Source: Octopus vulgaris (lineage: Eukaryota). From it: a stretch of 64,000 bases of DNA. The DNA lies in the NCBI GenBank assembly GCA_951406725.2, contig OX597815.1, positions 33,728,001 through 33,792,000 on the forward strand. The letters are read 5' to 3'. A model generated the notes under the pieces. The model made no database searches. It worked only from the letters and a program-made list of their open reading frames with translations, and was not told where the DNA came from. Position 1 is the stretch's first letter. Each line of letters opens with the position of its first letter. This document shows, piece by piece, positions 13,371 through 27,814 of this stretch. The position numbers and the translations under genes are program-made.

Positions 13371-16300
13371 GTATCAATCTTATTCTATGAACTAGAAGGT
13401 AGCCCATGCCTATGTTTGATAGAGTATTAGGCTCTCTGGGTAGTTTTCACTTAGACTATACCCTTCATTTTCTATACTGTCCTTAGCCTACACCACACTC
13501 TGCACTTCATACTACTTTCGGATATATATCACACACTACAATCTGTACAAACCTCTACTTCACTACAGCCCAAACTATCACATTTTTTACACTATAAATC
13601 ATGTACCCTTTACCCACATCACATGCTATAACATATACAATAATTCTTACTACATCCAGTTACATTCAACTTTGAAATCCATAATAGTCTTACATTTACC
13701 AAACTGTAGAGTCACTGACCCTGAGGCATTCCCTGTTCTTTTCTTTACAACAAACATTTTAGTTTTTTTGTTCATGTGAAATTTATTCAACACTATGATC
13801 ATTTTTCTGTGTTATCTGACATCCAAGTGTTGTGAAGAATACATCTGTCCTGTTGTTTGAAATACAAAAGAAATGAAATCCCAGCTCTCCCTTTGCTACC
13901 TCTCTTCATTGCTCCAGTCTTCCCAGATGTATTGCAGAGTCATGAGTTTATTCTGACACTGAGATATTGCAATGACACTTGAGTTCAGTTGAGGTGTGTC
14001 AACTGTTGCTTTTTTTTTTTTTTTTTTTTTTTACTTTATGGTTTGTGCTATTAACACTCAAAGAAACATTCAGTAGGTCCCAGCCTTTAAATTTTGTTAT
14101 ACTCCTGACTTTATACTCAATTTTCATAGCTCTTTTTCTTGACTGCTAAAGGACTGCCCAGTTTTCTACTCCCAGTTTATTTTCAGTATCCAAAATGCTC
14201 CTTATACTTCTCAAACTACTGACCAACTTACTTTGGCTAATTATCATAAACATTAAGTATATGCTCAAATACTTCAGAACTATTTAGAAAATCAAAATCT
14301 TCAGTGAACAGGATCTGGCTTATGTGTTGCCTAATAATGTATGAACACCATCTCTCTGTAGAAAAATATTTTATACTGTTTGAGGTTAACTTTCTCTTGC
14401 ATTTATAAATTGGTGAATTGAGCTTTTGGTTTTCATTTTTGCTTCTTCTTCTTCTTCCTCTTCTTTTTTACTTCTAATAAATCATCTTATTCATTTCAGG
14501 ACTGTGATAAAGAATTCTATTTAAATTTGTTTCCTTCATTATTTAGAAATTTCTATTTTCTGATTGTCCATATATTTATATTAGCTGCAACTTTTTGTCT
14601 GTGGTTTACTTCTCTTATTTAACTCCATATTTCAATAAAAGTTCTTGTCCTGATTAGATATTGACTTCTATCTTCATATTTTATAATAGGTGGGTTTACC
14701 AACTGAAGCAGTTGTAAAATCGGCTTGTTTGCTTTGTCTGTGTGAAGACATATATATATGTATGTGTGTTTGTGTGTATGTGATGTGTGTTTGTGTGCAC
14801 ATGCATATATTTATGCTATCGAATCAGTCTGTGTACAAGATGATTTTATAAGGTATTGCACTAAAGTTTTAGTTATTTCAACCCAAACAGAAGAACCTAA
14901 AAGTACAACAAAAATCCAAAATTATTTTAAAAGATTGCTGCTGAAACATTCTTGAACCTTTTACTTTAGTTTTATAAGGATGTTTAAGCTTCTCCATTCT
15001 GTACAGTATATATTCCATAACTAACTTGTAAACATTTATCTAAACACTCATTATTGGCTGAGCGGAGATCTTTTCAAATCTGGACTCTGAACCTGTTGGT
15101 GCCCTTGGGATGTCTATGTCAATATATTGTATAATAATTACATGATCAACTAATTACTATATGTTTGATTGTAGAAATTATAAAGTAATAAACCTTGTAA
15201 ACATTTCAACTTTTACTTGAATGGACTGCTACTAGTATGAGATTTTTTTAAAAAACACTTTTTTACATATTAGCAACCTTGGGTTAAATTTTGAGCATTT
15301 TTACTCATAGTAACTCAAGTTTCACCAGTTCCACTGAATTATAAATTTATCTTACACTATGTTTCATTCACTTCTTTTGTCAAGAAGTTACATGAAATAG
15401 TATTATTATAGAGCAAACAGTCAGTTCTCCCAACCCTTTCTGTTTACTTGTCAAGCCTGTTGGGAAAGTTGAGCTCAAAATTGCCAAGTTTATTTCCTGT
15501 AACCCTTAGAGATTTATTTTGATGAAGCATGTTTATCATGTGGTATATACTGCTTGCTGCTACAGAGCATGTATTTCACTGACTGACATAACAATTTGCT
15601 TCGAAAGATGAACATATATTGAATATTTCTTATACATCTCTTGTATAATTTATGAAAGCTTTCTTTCTCTTGTACTGATAAGTAAACTTATCATGTTCTT
15701 TCCTTTTTACTATGTACTTAATAGAAAGTCTCTAAATATAAGAGATGTGAGAACAGGAAGAATATGCTTCATACCAACTAATGAATGTAAGATATTGAGG
15801 AGAGATAAATAAAATGACAAGAACAAAACCAAAAATTTTTTTAAAAAAACAGTCAAATTTGTATTGCTACTATATATATTCCTAAAGTACTGTTTTTTTG
15901 GCATGTGTGTAACATTGCTATATTTGGAGGCTGTTTCCTTTCTCTTTTGTACTAACTACTTTTCTTTCTTCTTTTGTACTAACTTTCTTTCTTTTTGTCT
16001 AAAAAAAAATAAAACTATTTTTATAATTTTTATTGAAAACCAAAACTTAGCTGATCTCAAAAGTTAAGCAACATTAATTTTAAATGAGAGCTTGGTAACT
16101 TGAATGGTCAATAAATCTGACATGCTTTTGAAAATGGTGGGTGAACTAAAAGATTTGAAATACTGAAGATTGTTGATTGAATGTGCAAATTATTATGATC
16201 CCTTCCCCATCTCATGTTTACACACCAATAGTCAGTAAAACCCTAACAAAAAATTCAGTAGACTTCAAAACCGGTTTCATTTAATTGACAGTAAAACTGT

Positions 16301-17738
16301 AAGACATGTTTAGGACTGTCTAATACTCAGTGGGTTGATTCTCTTAGAACCAGTTTCAATTCTATATTTGGCTTTTCATACAAGGTAATAACTGTAGAAA
16401 GACTATATTAATAACTTTGCCAATTTTGATGTCAACAATACCAATGTTTCTGCAAATAATTTTACAACATATTTTCCTTACATTCTGATTTTGTCTTTTA
16501 AGAGTTTCCTGCCAGTTTCCCTCGCCCCTCTCCCTTACCTTAACTTTTGACATATTTGTACAGGACATCTGTGCTGCAAAGCTTAACTTCAATGGTCAGT
16601 TGAGAATTAGTGTTTACCATCTAATCCAAAGTAGCTATACTATTCCAGCAGTTTATATTGCCATCTTACTATATCGTATGTGTGCAGTTAGTTAATCATT
16701 TGAAACCTTTGTTGTCTTTCTCTCTCTCTCTCTCTCACTCTCTCACTCTCTCTCTCACCATTAGGTCCAACCAAAAATTACTAGTACTTTGGAAACTGAC
16801 TTAGAATTTGCTCGTATTTACATAGATATGGTTGAAGACACAACTAGGTTTCCAAGGTGACAGTTGTTTGTATCTTCAGGGTTTTTTTTTTTTCGCTTTA
16901 CTCTCTAGCATGTATTTTCAAATTAAAAAGGAAATTTAAGTAAGTTAATTGGTAAACTATGTGATCTCTTACACATTGCTGATCATGTAAAATAATGTTT
17001 TGATAAAATAAAATCAACTTTAGTTGTGCCTTTAACCATACATGTAAAACTGAAGGACTATGCAACTGCATTGGAAAATGTTTCTGTACATTACAAACGC
17101 ATGTCTACACATAATCAAATAGGATGCCTGAAAAAAAATATGTACTCGTAATATTAAAATTGATTATACCATATCGAAAATACATACTACATTTGGTGTT
17201 CAGAGAAGCAGTTGCTTGTAACAGCTGATGAATTATCATGAATTTTCTAATTACTCACTGTTCACATTTCACAAGTGAACTGCACCCGTCCACCAATGTG
17301 TACCATGGTAGTTCCACATATCCCTTCAACTGCTTGCTTCTTTTAGTCCTTTATTGTTCAGATTACTCTATAACTAAAAGTGGTAGGAGGTCAATGTCAG
17401 CTAAATGTGGAACAGAGGAGTTATTCAAGATTCCATTTACTTCTTCAACAGCTATCAATATGTATACATTATATGAGAAAAATTACCTATGTATGCATTT
17501 ATTTCCTTAGATGTGTGTATTCTCACAATAATATTTACTGTAGAATTATGTGCAATATGAAGAGAATATTAGTGAAATGGGAAATGTCTCTTGATTTCTA
17601 CATTTCTTCAGTTTCCAAATTGATTACAGTTGATCTCTATCTATTATGTTTCACCTTTCCTTATCACCAAATCTGCTTCTAAACATTACCTTATACCCAC
17701 TGCCAGTTCTACTTCTCCCTACTTGTCACATAGAAATG

Positions 17739-17786
<48 letters not shown>

Positions 17787-18206
17787 CCCTCACTATTCCT
17801 TCCCGCCCCCCCCCATCATGCCAATTGTTTTCAGTACCAAATTAACAGCAGAATCAATGACAACATGGTTCTCAACATGTCTTTAGTTACAGCTTTATGC
17901 TTTGTGGATATTTTATTTATTTATTATCATTTTTTTCTCTCCTCCCCCTGCCATTTTCTTAATCTTTATATTCCAGGGTGGGCTACAAACATCAACATTA
18001 AGTTAAACTATTAGCTCCTTTTTACCAGACTGTCAATCACCACAGTCATTGTTTTTTTTTTTTTGTTTATTTTCTATTTTTGTTTCTCGTTTGTTTTTTT
18101 TTTTAAAAAAAACAACTGTTAAGTTCTCTTATTTTGGACATATTTTAGCAATTTTGTCATGTGTACTATGAAATTTGCTGGACTTATTTTATTACATCTG
18201 ATGTCC

Positions 18207-18212
18207 AATAAA
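18207..18212 (+). terminator. Candidate distal polyadenylation signal of DIP2
   Basis: AATAAA preceded by U-rich tracts and followed by U/GU-rich sequence, at the edge of the transposon-poor block. Confidence 0.3.
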
Positions 18213-18409
18213 ATTATGAAATTAATCCTATTTTATTGTTGTCAACTGCTTCAAATATTTCATTGGGATGAAAGCTAAAGAGACCTTAATATGGCTATTT
18301 CATTGTGCATTTGTTTGTCTCTATGTATTAGCTATATCTGTTTACTTTAGAGATTTCTCAAATCTTGATCCTGTTAGATTATCTCAAAATCATATCTATA
18401 ACTACATAT

Positions 18410-18737
18410 AATAATAATAAAAAAAACATTGTGTACAGTGCTCAGGTGCACTACAACTCATCTAAAGTGTATGTATAATCAGGTGTAGTTTCGGCAGATT
18501 TCGGAAAGCATGAGGGTCTTAAAGGATGCAGTGTCATGGCAGTCAACAACTGACGCAGGCAGTTTGTTCCATGCTTCAGCAACTCTGAGCGTGAAAAAAT
18601 GTTTCCGAAAGTCATGGGAGCTGTGTTGTTTTCTGACTTTGTAGGCATGTCCACGTGTGTTAGACACATGAAGATCAAAAAGGTGTTCAGTGTTTTTGTT
18701 GGTGAGGTGGTTGATAACTTTGTGGGTGTTATATATA
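18410..18737 (-). mobile_element. CR1/L2-like LINE 3' fragment
   Basis: Reads TRGHAYKVRKQH...RKHFFTLRVAEAWNKLPASVV. Homologous to 52070-52672. Confidence 0.85.
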
Positions 18738-21649
18738 GCAACTCTTAAAAATGTCAACTGTTATCATTTTCAAAATGAAAGAGGAAACTAAACTTGATAT
18801 TTCTCTCCTGAGTTATAGAGTAAGTTTATACAATGTTTATGCCTTTTCTTTTTCTGTCTTTTTTTTTTTTTTTTTAGGTAGGGACTGAAAGTTAACAAGA
18901 TGTAAGGAACTACAGTAAAGAAAAGATTTCTAATGTTTGGAAAGGAACTTTGTTTAGTTTGAAAACTAATTATTTTAAAGTGGGTAATACAAGTCATGAA
19001 GGCAATATGACTGTCTTTAACCCTAACTGCACTGACTAAATTTTTACATACTAATGTCACTAATCATATGCAAATCAGTTCTTACCACCAGTAAAACAAA
19101 AATGTGCATACTATATCATATGAAATGTGGAGAATTCTAGAAAGTACCCCACTATCAAAAAGCAAGTTAACTTGGTTTCTGTGTCTCAAGTGTACATGCA
19201 CAGGACCAAGTATACTTGGTTTCCATGCAGTAAGGGTCAAAGAGTGCTACTAATATACTGTTATATAACTATGATGTTTAGTTGTATATAAAATGTCAAA
19301 TTGTTTAGAAGAGCAGCTATTTTGAATTAAAACTGATTATGATGTGAGGACCCTGCACCTTACAAGAAACTTTTCTAGTGTCATGTCACTATAGATATAT
19401 CTGGTCCAGCATAGTATTTCTGGAATAACACTTATGTTGATCATTTGGCTGACTGCCAACTTAGAATAGGTCAGCTTGACCAGAGCTGATTTAGAGCCTT
19501 GCAACTACATATATCAGGTGAGCTGCCAACAGTTGATGCTATAAAAAAACATGGCTGTTAAATTTCTCTCAGTCATGAAACTAGCTCAGTTTATATGTGT
19601 TAAGAGAACTGATATCATTGGTTTATGGTGTGAAATTAAATTTATCTCAGTACTAGTTCATTTGTGAGTGAAATGTGTTATACTCTGGTTAAGCCAAAGT
19701 TAGTCTCAATACATCAGTAATGTCAGCATGAGCTAGCTACCTTGTTGACAGCTGGGTAGAACATCAGTTCTTCACTCTGAAAGTGCAAAGTATTTGCAAA
19801 AGTTTCAATGAGATTCTTCTTACAAATCCAGGTGGAAAGGACATTAGCGGACATGCCCGGATAAACAAACTGGGAGTTGGTTGTTGCAACCAACTATAAC
19901 ATGACAGGTAGTACTACTTTCTGAAAATTTAACCTATCAGCCATTGAAGTACTGCTGTTCTACTTGTAATGAGGACAAATACAGCATAAATAGTACTTGC
20001 ATGCTCTAGCACTTGGGTTTGATACCAATCTCCCTTGTTTGCATAAATATGAGGATATGTTGTGGCATGAATATTCACCACATGGATAGCAAGCCAATAT
20101 AATTAACTTGAATCCGACACAACGACAAGCTTCTAGCCTATGTGTTTATATCATTTGGGTTCAAGGTATATGCCAAATTGTTGTTTCTTTTTATAGGCTA
20201 ACACTTTTCCTATTCAGCTCTTTTTTGAATGAAAGCAACAACTGTAAGGCTGGTATGTGTCATGTCAATACTGTGCACACAGTTCATGTATTGTCAGAGT
20301 TTAACAATCCTTGACTATACATGTTTTAATAACTGTCTGTCAAAAGTCAGGACTTTTCTTTTTTCAGATTCTTAATTTTAGTTTGACTATTATTAGACAT
20401 GGTAAAACAAGAGGTTGCTGCAATAGTTTCCTAAGCTATGTTGAGAAGTACCAGAACTGGTACAATGAAGATTTTTGTTATGAAGAAATGAAACGGTATC
20501 AAGTTTCCTGGCAGTCTGTAATACAAATTACTAAATTTTGAAAAGTCACTCACCAAGTGGTCAGATGCCATTCAGGTAAGCACAAGAACCAGATTGAATT
20601 TGTATGTTAACCAAGAAAAAGACAATCTAATGATTGTGAACCTTGTAAGAGCTATACTCCTGCATAAATTAAAAGTTAGTGATTTTAGGTTAAGGATGTC
20701 AAAACTTCAGAAGCAAAATGGTTCAGACAAAAAGAAAAGTGCAAGTTTCACCTAAAAATTGGATGTTGAGCTTCATGATAGAATAGTACAGTAGAAGAGA
20801 ATATAAATGGTAAGTGACAAGCTTAGAAAGAAGGTAGATAGCAAGGAATGCAAAATACCAATATGGAGAAAAAAAAAGCTATAATGTTCAACTGATAGAT
20901 GTGCACTGAAATATTTTGGTTTAGGACCACTTCTAACTAGGGATGTTGTAACATATTGCGTTTACATCTCGGAATTCTTATGTACAATATTCTAAAGCAA
21001 GCTCATGGATTGAATTAACTGACATGTATATGGTAAAGTGAACAATTAGACCTACAGCTGAATGAGCTGTGATTATTCATCAGAGATGTAACTTGGGGTG
21101 CTTTGAAGGTTTCAGGTCTGTCAATACCATATGTCCTCAGCCAAGCAACCCAGCTAGAGTTGATCAGGTACTTAATTGCATCCCAGCAGCAACCACAACC
21201 TCCCATGGATCAGGCCTCTGAATCAAAAGCCACCTAGTAGCTTTATTTGTGGCTTCACTCATAGATTGAATGGGTTTTTTTTTCTTTTTTCTTTTGCCAA
21301 CCTTGTAAAACCCATTTGGCTGAGGATTTAGTTGGTGACTGTCTTTGCAAACCCTCTACAGCCCACTTCTGTGCACCTTCCAGTCTGTGTTCTGGCAGTG
21401 CTCCTGTTTTTCCACAGTACAGTCTTGCCTGATAATTGTGTGTCTCGGTACAGTCGTTTTGTTGCTTCAGAGATGATGAGAAATGTTGGCACAATGTATT
21501 GTGGAAACTTCAGCTGCCTACCAAGATCTAAATTCAGTTGTCAGTCAGAGATCATGTGGAGGAAATCTGACCTTATTGGTGTGTGTGTGTGTATGTGAAT
21601 GTCTTTTGGGGGTTTTTTTCTGGACAGAGTCTCTTTCTAGCTATGACAA

Positions 21650-22900
21650 AGGTAATTCAATGACTTCTTTGAGATGTGGTGGTGTTTGCTTGTGCTGGAA
21701 GCTCTGGCTATAATCTCAGCAACCATCTTGAGAACTTGGTTTGGTGCCAACAATAGTGGACTTCTTCAGGTGCTTTTGGGAAACTACTGAGATGCCCTAA
21801 AAATCTACTTTTGGAGCAGACCGGGTAGTAAGATGTCATTGTACTCTAAATATAAGGATTTGCTGGTATTTGTAAACAACCTTGGGAAAGACCCAGACAG
21901 TGGAAGTCTACTTGCATTGTTTGACCTGGTAATTTTGTACTGTTGTATACTCTCCCACCTTGCCCATGCATCCTGCTCCCTTGCTCTTCTTCCATGCTTG
22001 CTAGGGTCTCTTCCTAGATAACATAGTGTTTCTCCTTGCTCTGGGTCTTTGGAAAGTGTCCCAAGTCTGCCCTGCCCTTTACCATGATGCTCACCAACAT
22101 TTTTTGCTTTAGGTGTGATTCTACTACCCTCATTGCTTTCTCGATTTTTCCTTTGGAGTCCCTATATTCTAGGACTTGCTAGTTCCATCATAAACCCTTC
22201 AGTAAGTCCACTGAATTGGAGCAACATAATGTTAATGATCCTGTACCATAGTGCATTGCTGAAACTGCAAAGGAGTCCAACCACTACAGAGTAAGTCTGA
22301 TCATCCTTTCAAGGAACTCAACTGTTGTCTTTAAAACCATGTAAACCAGCAGAGGTCATAAAATATTAAAACCAGCAGGATAAAATATTCTAAATCTAGG
22401 TCTACAAATAGACATAACTTGTCCTCCTTGACAAACCAGACATCAAAGGCTTTCTTAAATTGAGTTAAAAAACTTTCCTATTTTCTTGACTAGTTACTCT
22501 GTAATGGAAGGTATAGTAGTTCCAGATACCTAGAAACAGAATTTGTCAACTATCTTCATTAGCACCATGGATCTTGACATGGTAGGCTTGAAACTCATCC
22601 TTTCTTAAAGTCTTGGTAGGATCCAGCTACTTCCTGGGATCAATGTTGTTGCCATGGCAAGATCATCCATGAATGCTCTTTACAGGGGTTGTCAGAGACC
22701 AAAACTAGATAAAGGGTTTTCTACATTCCACCTTGGTCTGACAAGAGCCAAAAGAATAATGCTATTTTTCCTCCACCACACAACCTATACCAGTCTGATG
22801 TTCTCTAACCCAGAAGTGACTCTCAGCTTGAAATTACTGAAGTAATCCCAGGATCAGGTCCCTGATCTTACCAAGAATTTGGTAGCAGTACAGTGCATGC
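21650..22900 (-). mobile_element. Highly decayed non-LTR RT remnant
   Basis: Only scattered motifs remain (FKKAFDV near 22440-22460, FAVSAMHYG, MHGQ). No intact frame; boundaries approximate. Confidence 0.3.
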
Positions 22901-23760
22901 TTGATCTGTTTGTGTTATGAACCAAGCACAAAGCAATTAGATTTCTCCTACAGTCTCCGCTGATGAGCTGCACTACTACAAAAAAATTACACTGAAATTT
23001 ACTAATACATTTTTCTTCCATTACAATTCCATTCAGGCTGTAGTAGACACTTGCCCAAGGTGCCATACAGTGGGACTGAAGCCACTGTATGGCACCTTGG
23101 GGAGCAAGCTTCTTACCACACCGTCACACCTGTACCTATTATTAAGGAAAATGACATAACTGATTAGAGTCAGCAGTTTAAAATCAAAAAGTAGTCAGAA
23201 CCACCTACTAAATTTGTAATTAGTTTTTTTCCTTCTATCCAATGCAAATGATCAACTCTTTGACATTATTCTCAAATAGACTCTACTTGCTGAGGTCATA
23301 TTTGTTTTCCTCTCTCTGGGGTGGATAAAATAAAGTGCCAGTCAAATACAAGGGTTGATGGTGTCAACTAACATTCATCCTTCAAAATTGCTGGCCTTGT
23401 GTCTAAAATTGGATGGTGCTGGTACTTTTTAGCCTCAAATCAGCCCTAATCAATTAGACCCCTATTGGATCTATTAACTGCTGAGAGCATCCTGCCTCTT
23501 ATTTTTTATATATCAGGGACTATATTTGTTAGTGTGGTAAGACAATAGCAGCTTCTTTAAGGGATCTCTAGTTTCTATTGCTTGTAGACAGAGCAACCAT
23601 GTAGAGTCTTCTTGGGGCATTATTGGTTATATAAGTAGAAACCCAGTATCTTCCTTGGCTATACCTCATGAAACATTGACTTCAACACTACATACCCACA
23701 AACTACCTGGGTTGTATTGTAAACAGAAATAAACTTCATCACTCAGCTCACAGTGAAGTG

Positions 23761-23968
23761 ATTTAAACCGGCCATATCCAGCCCAAATATTCTACCCGTT
23801 TTATGTTCAAACTGGCCAGATCCTGCCTCTTACACCTACCCTACATTGATAGTCTAAAAAATATCCAGCCACATAATCGAAATCTCAAGGTTATAAGATA
23901 ACATGATAAATTCAAAACAATGTGAATAAATAAGCATTACATTTGACAATAATTTGAATGCTAAAGGG
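23761..23968. mobile_element. piggyBac-type MITE lacking its left TIR
   Basis: Ends in AATGCTAAAGGG followed by TTAA. Confidence 0.5.
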
Positions 23969-24460
23969 TTAATAGTTAAGTATTTTGAATGAAGTACAAA
24001 ATCAGTGACAAAAAAAAAACATTCTTTCAGTTAACTTCCTAGAATAGTGTGTCTATTCTACTTTACCATTTTCACTTCCATAACTGATGAAAACTGCTTT
24101 TCCATCATTAGGCATCCTGAAGTTTGTCTCATGCAATTTTGAAATTACAAGGATTTGAACACATACTGGTATTTTCTACCTATTATGAAAATAGTTACAT
24201 ATTCTAAACCAGTAGTTCCTAAACTTTTTCAGACTGCTGCCCCCTCGACTCTCGGGTCACATTCCTAGTGCCCCACTTACATACACACATCACTCCACCA
24301 CAAACGTGGATCTCTTTCTACTGCAAATTCAAAACAACTCTATTTCACAAATAAAACTTAAGCTAGTTAACTCATTAGTTTGCTGTTTTTACAATATGAA
24401 AGAGCAAATTTACATCTCACCTGTAATAACATTGTTTTCATATTTATAATGCAATGGATA

Positions 24461-25033
24461 TATTGGTTTGTCCAGAAAGTTTGTGCGTATTTTTAAAGGA
24501 AAGAAAAAGGTCAATAAATACTTGCCATTATATTTTTAATCAACCAAATATGAACCATTTGGTTGCACAATGCATCTCCATCTTTCCTTTAACTTGAAAA
24601 TACCCCACCTCCCAGAATTGAGGTGGTTTCATGGCAAAGAATTCATCAAGGTATCTTTTTACGTCATCCAAGGAATTGAAATTTTTACCATTAAGACTAT
24701 TCTGCAGAGACCTGAATAAGTGGAAATCCGAAGGAGCAATATCTGGTGAATATGGAGGGTGGGGTAACACATCCCAGCCAAGCTGCAACAATTTTTGTCT
24801 GGTTCCCAAAGCATCAAGTGCCGAAAATTAACTTTCTTATCTTCCATTCTAAAGGGTTACAGAATTAACAGAGGTTATAGGAACATAAACCTTCTTCCAT
24901 GAAAAGATAGCTTAAACTGTGCTCTAAATGGAGGTGTAGTCAAATCCTATTTTATGGACTCAACCATGTTCCATAAAATAGGATTTAAGGTAAGCTACTA
25001 TAAATCAGCACACACTTTCCAGACAACCCAATA
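24461..25033 (-). mobile_element. Internally deleted mariner element
   Basis: TA-flanked TIRs (TTGGTTTGTCCAGAAAGT / ACTTTCCAGACAACCCAA). The transposase N-terminus MEDKKVNFRHLML abuts the C-terminus LGWDVLPHPPYSPDIAPSDFHLFRSL. Confidence 0.9.
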
Positions 25034-25579
25034 CTTTATGTAGCATTAATCAGCATCTCAACACCAGGCTGAAAGTTACTGAGAAGTAGTTTCACATCCC
25101 CACATTCAATGATTTATTTAGAAAGAGGATGGGCAACTGCTTTGAAGCCCTTCTCTACCAAATAAGATGTTGAGAAAGCAATAAAGTACATCTTGACTTT
25201 ATTCCACAGTGCAGGATAGCAGTCAAAAATGTCTTTTTGCAATCCAAATCCCTGATATGATTTTTTGAACTTTGGCCTCAGTTCATTGTCATTTTGAAAC
25301 CAGTTCTTCCTCCACTACTCTTGTTTCCTCATTACTAATATCTCAGTATCACCCAGACTGGTATTTTAAACAAAAATGAATATCCTGAAATCTGTCAGAC
25401 ACGTCTCTGTGCATCTCAACCAAGTGTGAACAATATGTGTGAATGTCATCTTCTGGTATGTGCTTTTCCTTCTCTAATTCAGAGAGACTCGGAAACTGGA
25501 AGAATTCACAATGCCTTATCTTGCATTTAAGTAACTATTAATGACCTGTAGGGACACTGTACTTTGTTATGCAACCATA

Positions 25580-25945
25580 ATATACTATAAAGTAAACAGT
25601 GACATCGTCCGCATATGCAGACACACTCCTCCCACATCCCAGCTTTTGTGGGATGCCCCTCAGCATCGCCAGCTTCCGCAGTAGTGGCTCAAGAGTCAAT
25701 ACATACAGAAGCGACAAGAGGGAGGCATCCTTGATGAACCAAATGCATGATGTTAACAGGTCTGGATAGATGACCATTTACGCGAACTACCGAGCGGATG
25801 CTGCTGTATAAGGCAGTGATCCAACTGCGGAAGATGGGACCAAAACCAGCCGCTTTAAGGATAGCCTCCAAGTAGTGATGGTCTACCCTATTGAAAGCTT
25901 TTGATTGACCCTGCCTATGATGTAGCGCATCAGATGGAGGTTATC
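25580..25945 (-). mobile_element. L1/Tx1-like RT fragment
   Basis: Contains QSKAFNRVDH, HQGC, LEPLLRKL and SAYADDVTV motifs with frameshifts. Confidence 0.8.
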
Positions 25946-27768
25946 TCTACAGATTCTTCTATAGAAATTGTAGCCAGCATTAATTTTGCTATAACTTTTC
26001 ATATCCAAGTATGCCTAATGTAAACAACAATAAGATCAAAGATGAAAAATATGCCATATTTCAGGAGATTTTGCTTCATCAGTACCCATCCATACAAGTC
26101 ATTAATATTTATGTACCAGCTGTCAGGAATGTGTTTAGTATGTAAAATTGGTATATCCAATAACGTTACATTGCTATATTTAGTGGCTATTTAAGCAATG
26201 AGCTCATGGATGGTTAATGGGTTGGATGGGTGCTAATGTACCCACACATAAATACATGCACACACACACACACACATACATGCACACGCACACACACATG
26301 TACATATATATGTAGCAAGACTGAAAATCAAGTCATGTGATTAAGAAGTTAAAATCACAGCATAACAACACCATGTCCATGTGAGCAGCCAAGTTATAGA
26401 CCAATCAGCAGCCAGATATCACGATAGTTCAAGCTAGATCTCTTGGAACATCCCAGCACAAGGGCTGTAAGTATACCTCCCCTGTGGGGTAAGTATTTTC
26501 TCAGTTATTTGTTTTATATAAGAACCATATTTCTATTTTCTTAAGTATTGAGGTGCTTAAAATCTAAATCTGTATTGGGTTCCGAAAACAGTAACCAACA
26601 GAGACAAGATACTTAAACAATTACTAAGCTGTTTATCCTCTTCTTTCACCCCATCATCTTCATTTTACATTTGTTTTTCCATACCAACCAAATGTCCTTT
26701 AAATCATACCTTAGTCTTTTACATATGACCATGTAGCATAAATGGTTAAAGTGTTGGACTCACAGTCATAAGGCCATGAGTTCCATTACTGAACCAAGCA
26801 GTCTCTTGCATCCATATGAAATGCATATTACTTCACATTACTCTTGTCTACTCAGCAGTGAATGAATACCAGCCATATGCTGCTGCAGCCCTCTCTCCCT
26901 CCATCTGTTATATCCTCAATATTCCACTGGGTCATTGGTGGGAGTGCTGAGAGGGTGTCTATGTTGGCACACAATTTCAGAGGCATCTAAAACTATTAAC
27001 AAAAGCATGGTAATGGCTATGGTTGCTGTCTTACATGGAGAAAAATCACAGACAATATAGTCTTTGACATAGAAAAAAGAAAACAAAAGGTCACTCATCA
27101 TCTTGCCATTTACGGCAGTCCTTTATCTAGCACACACACATATACTGCAGAGTAAAGAAAAATGGTCAACTTCAATGCTTAGGTCATATTTTTAGGGAAA
27201 TTTTTAATATTTCTTTTATAGTTGAACAATATGCCCATCACTAACCCCTTTACAGCACTAAAGTAGACTAAAGAGTTCCATCTGTCCTTTTTTAGAGTTA
27301 CTGCACTCCACAACAGGTTGCCTATGGAGCAGCTTACAGAGTTGAAGTCTCCGTCATATATTCTTTCCCCCTTTTTAGACAAGGTTTTAGACTATTACTA
27401 ACCACTTACTGCACACATTTTATTGGGCCACCACTACTTCATGGCTTTACAGTTCCTATTAATATCAATTAAAACATTTCTTTCATGGCTGAGTTGATCA
27501 GAACATAGTTAAAGAAACTTTTTCCAAGGTGACTAAACTGTTGTGAGACTCAGAGTATCTAGCACCTGTCTAAGTCACTTAGGTTATAAAAAAATATAAA
27601 AGAGTTCAGAAAGTGAAAAGATAATACCTAGAGCTGTCTGTTGTCTTGAATATAAGACATTGAACAGGGCAAAATCAAGAAATCTGGTTATTAAGAAAAT
27701 GGTAGAATTTATTCATTCTGCAACAAAACATGGAACTTTCAAAGATAGACATTAATTATTTATCAATT

Positions 27769-27774
27769 TTTATT
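27769..27774 (-). terminator. Candidate polyadenylation signal (AATAAA) of the NME8-like gene
   Basis: AATAAA about 40 nt past the stop codon on -, with a second at 27708-27713. Confidence 0.5.
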
Positions 27775-27814
27775 TTGTAGGAGCTGAATTTTCAACTTCA
27801 GGTCATTTACTGTC

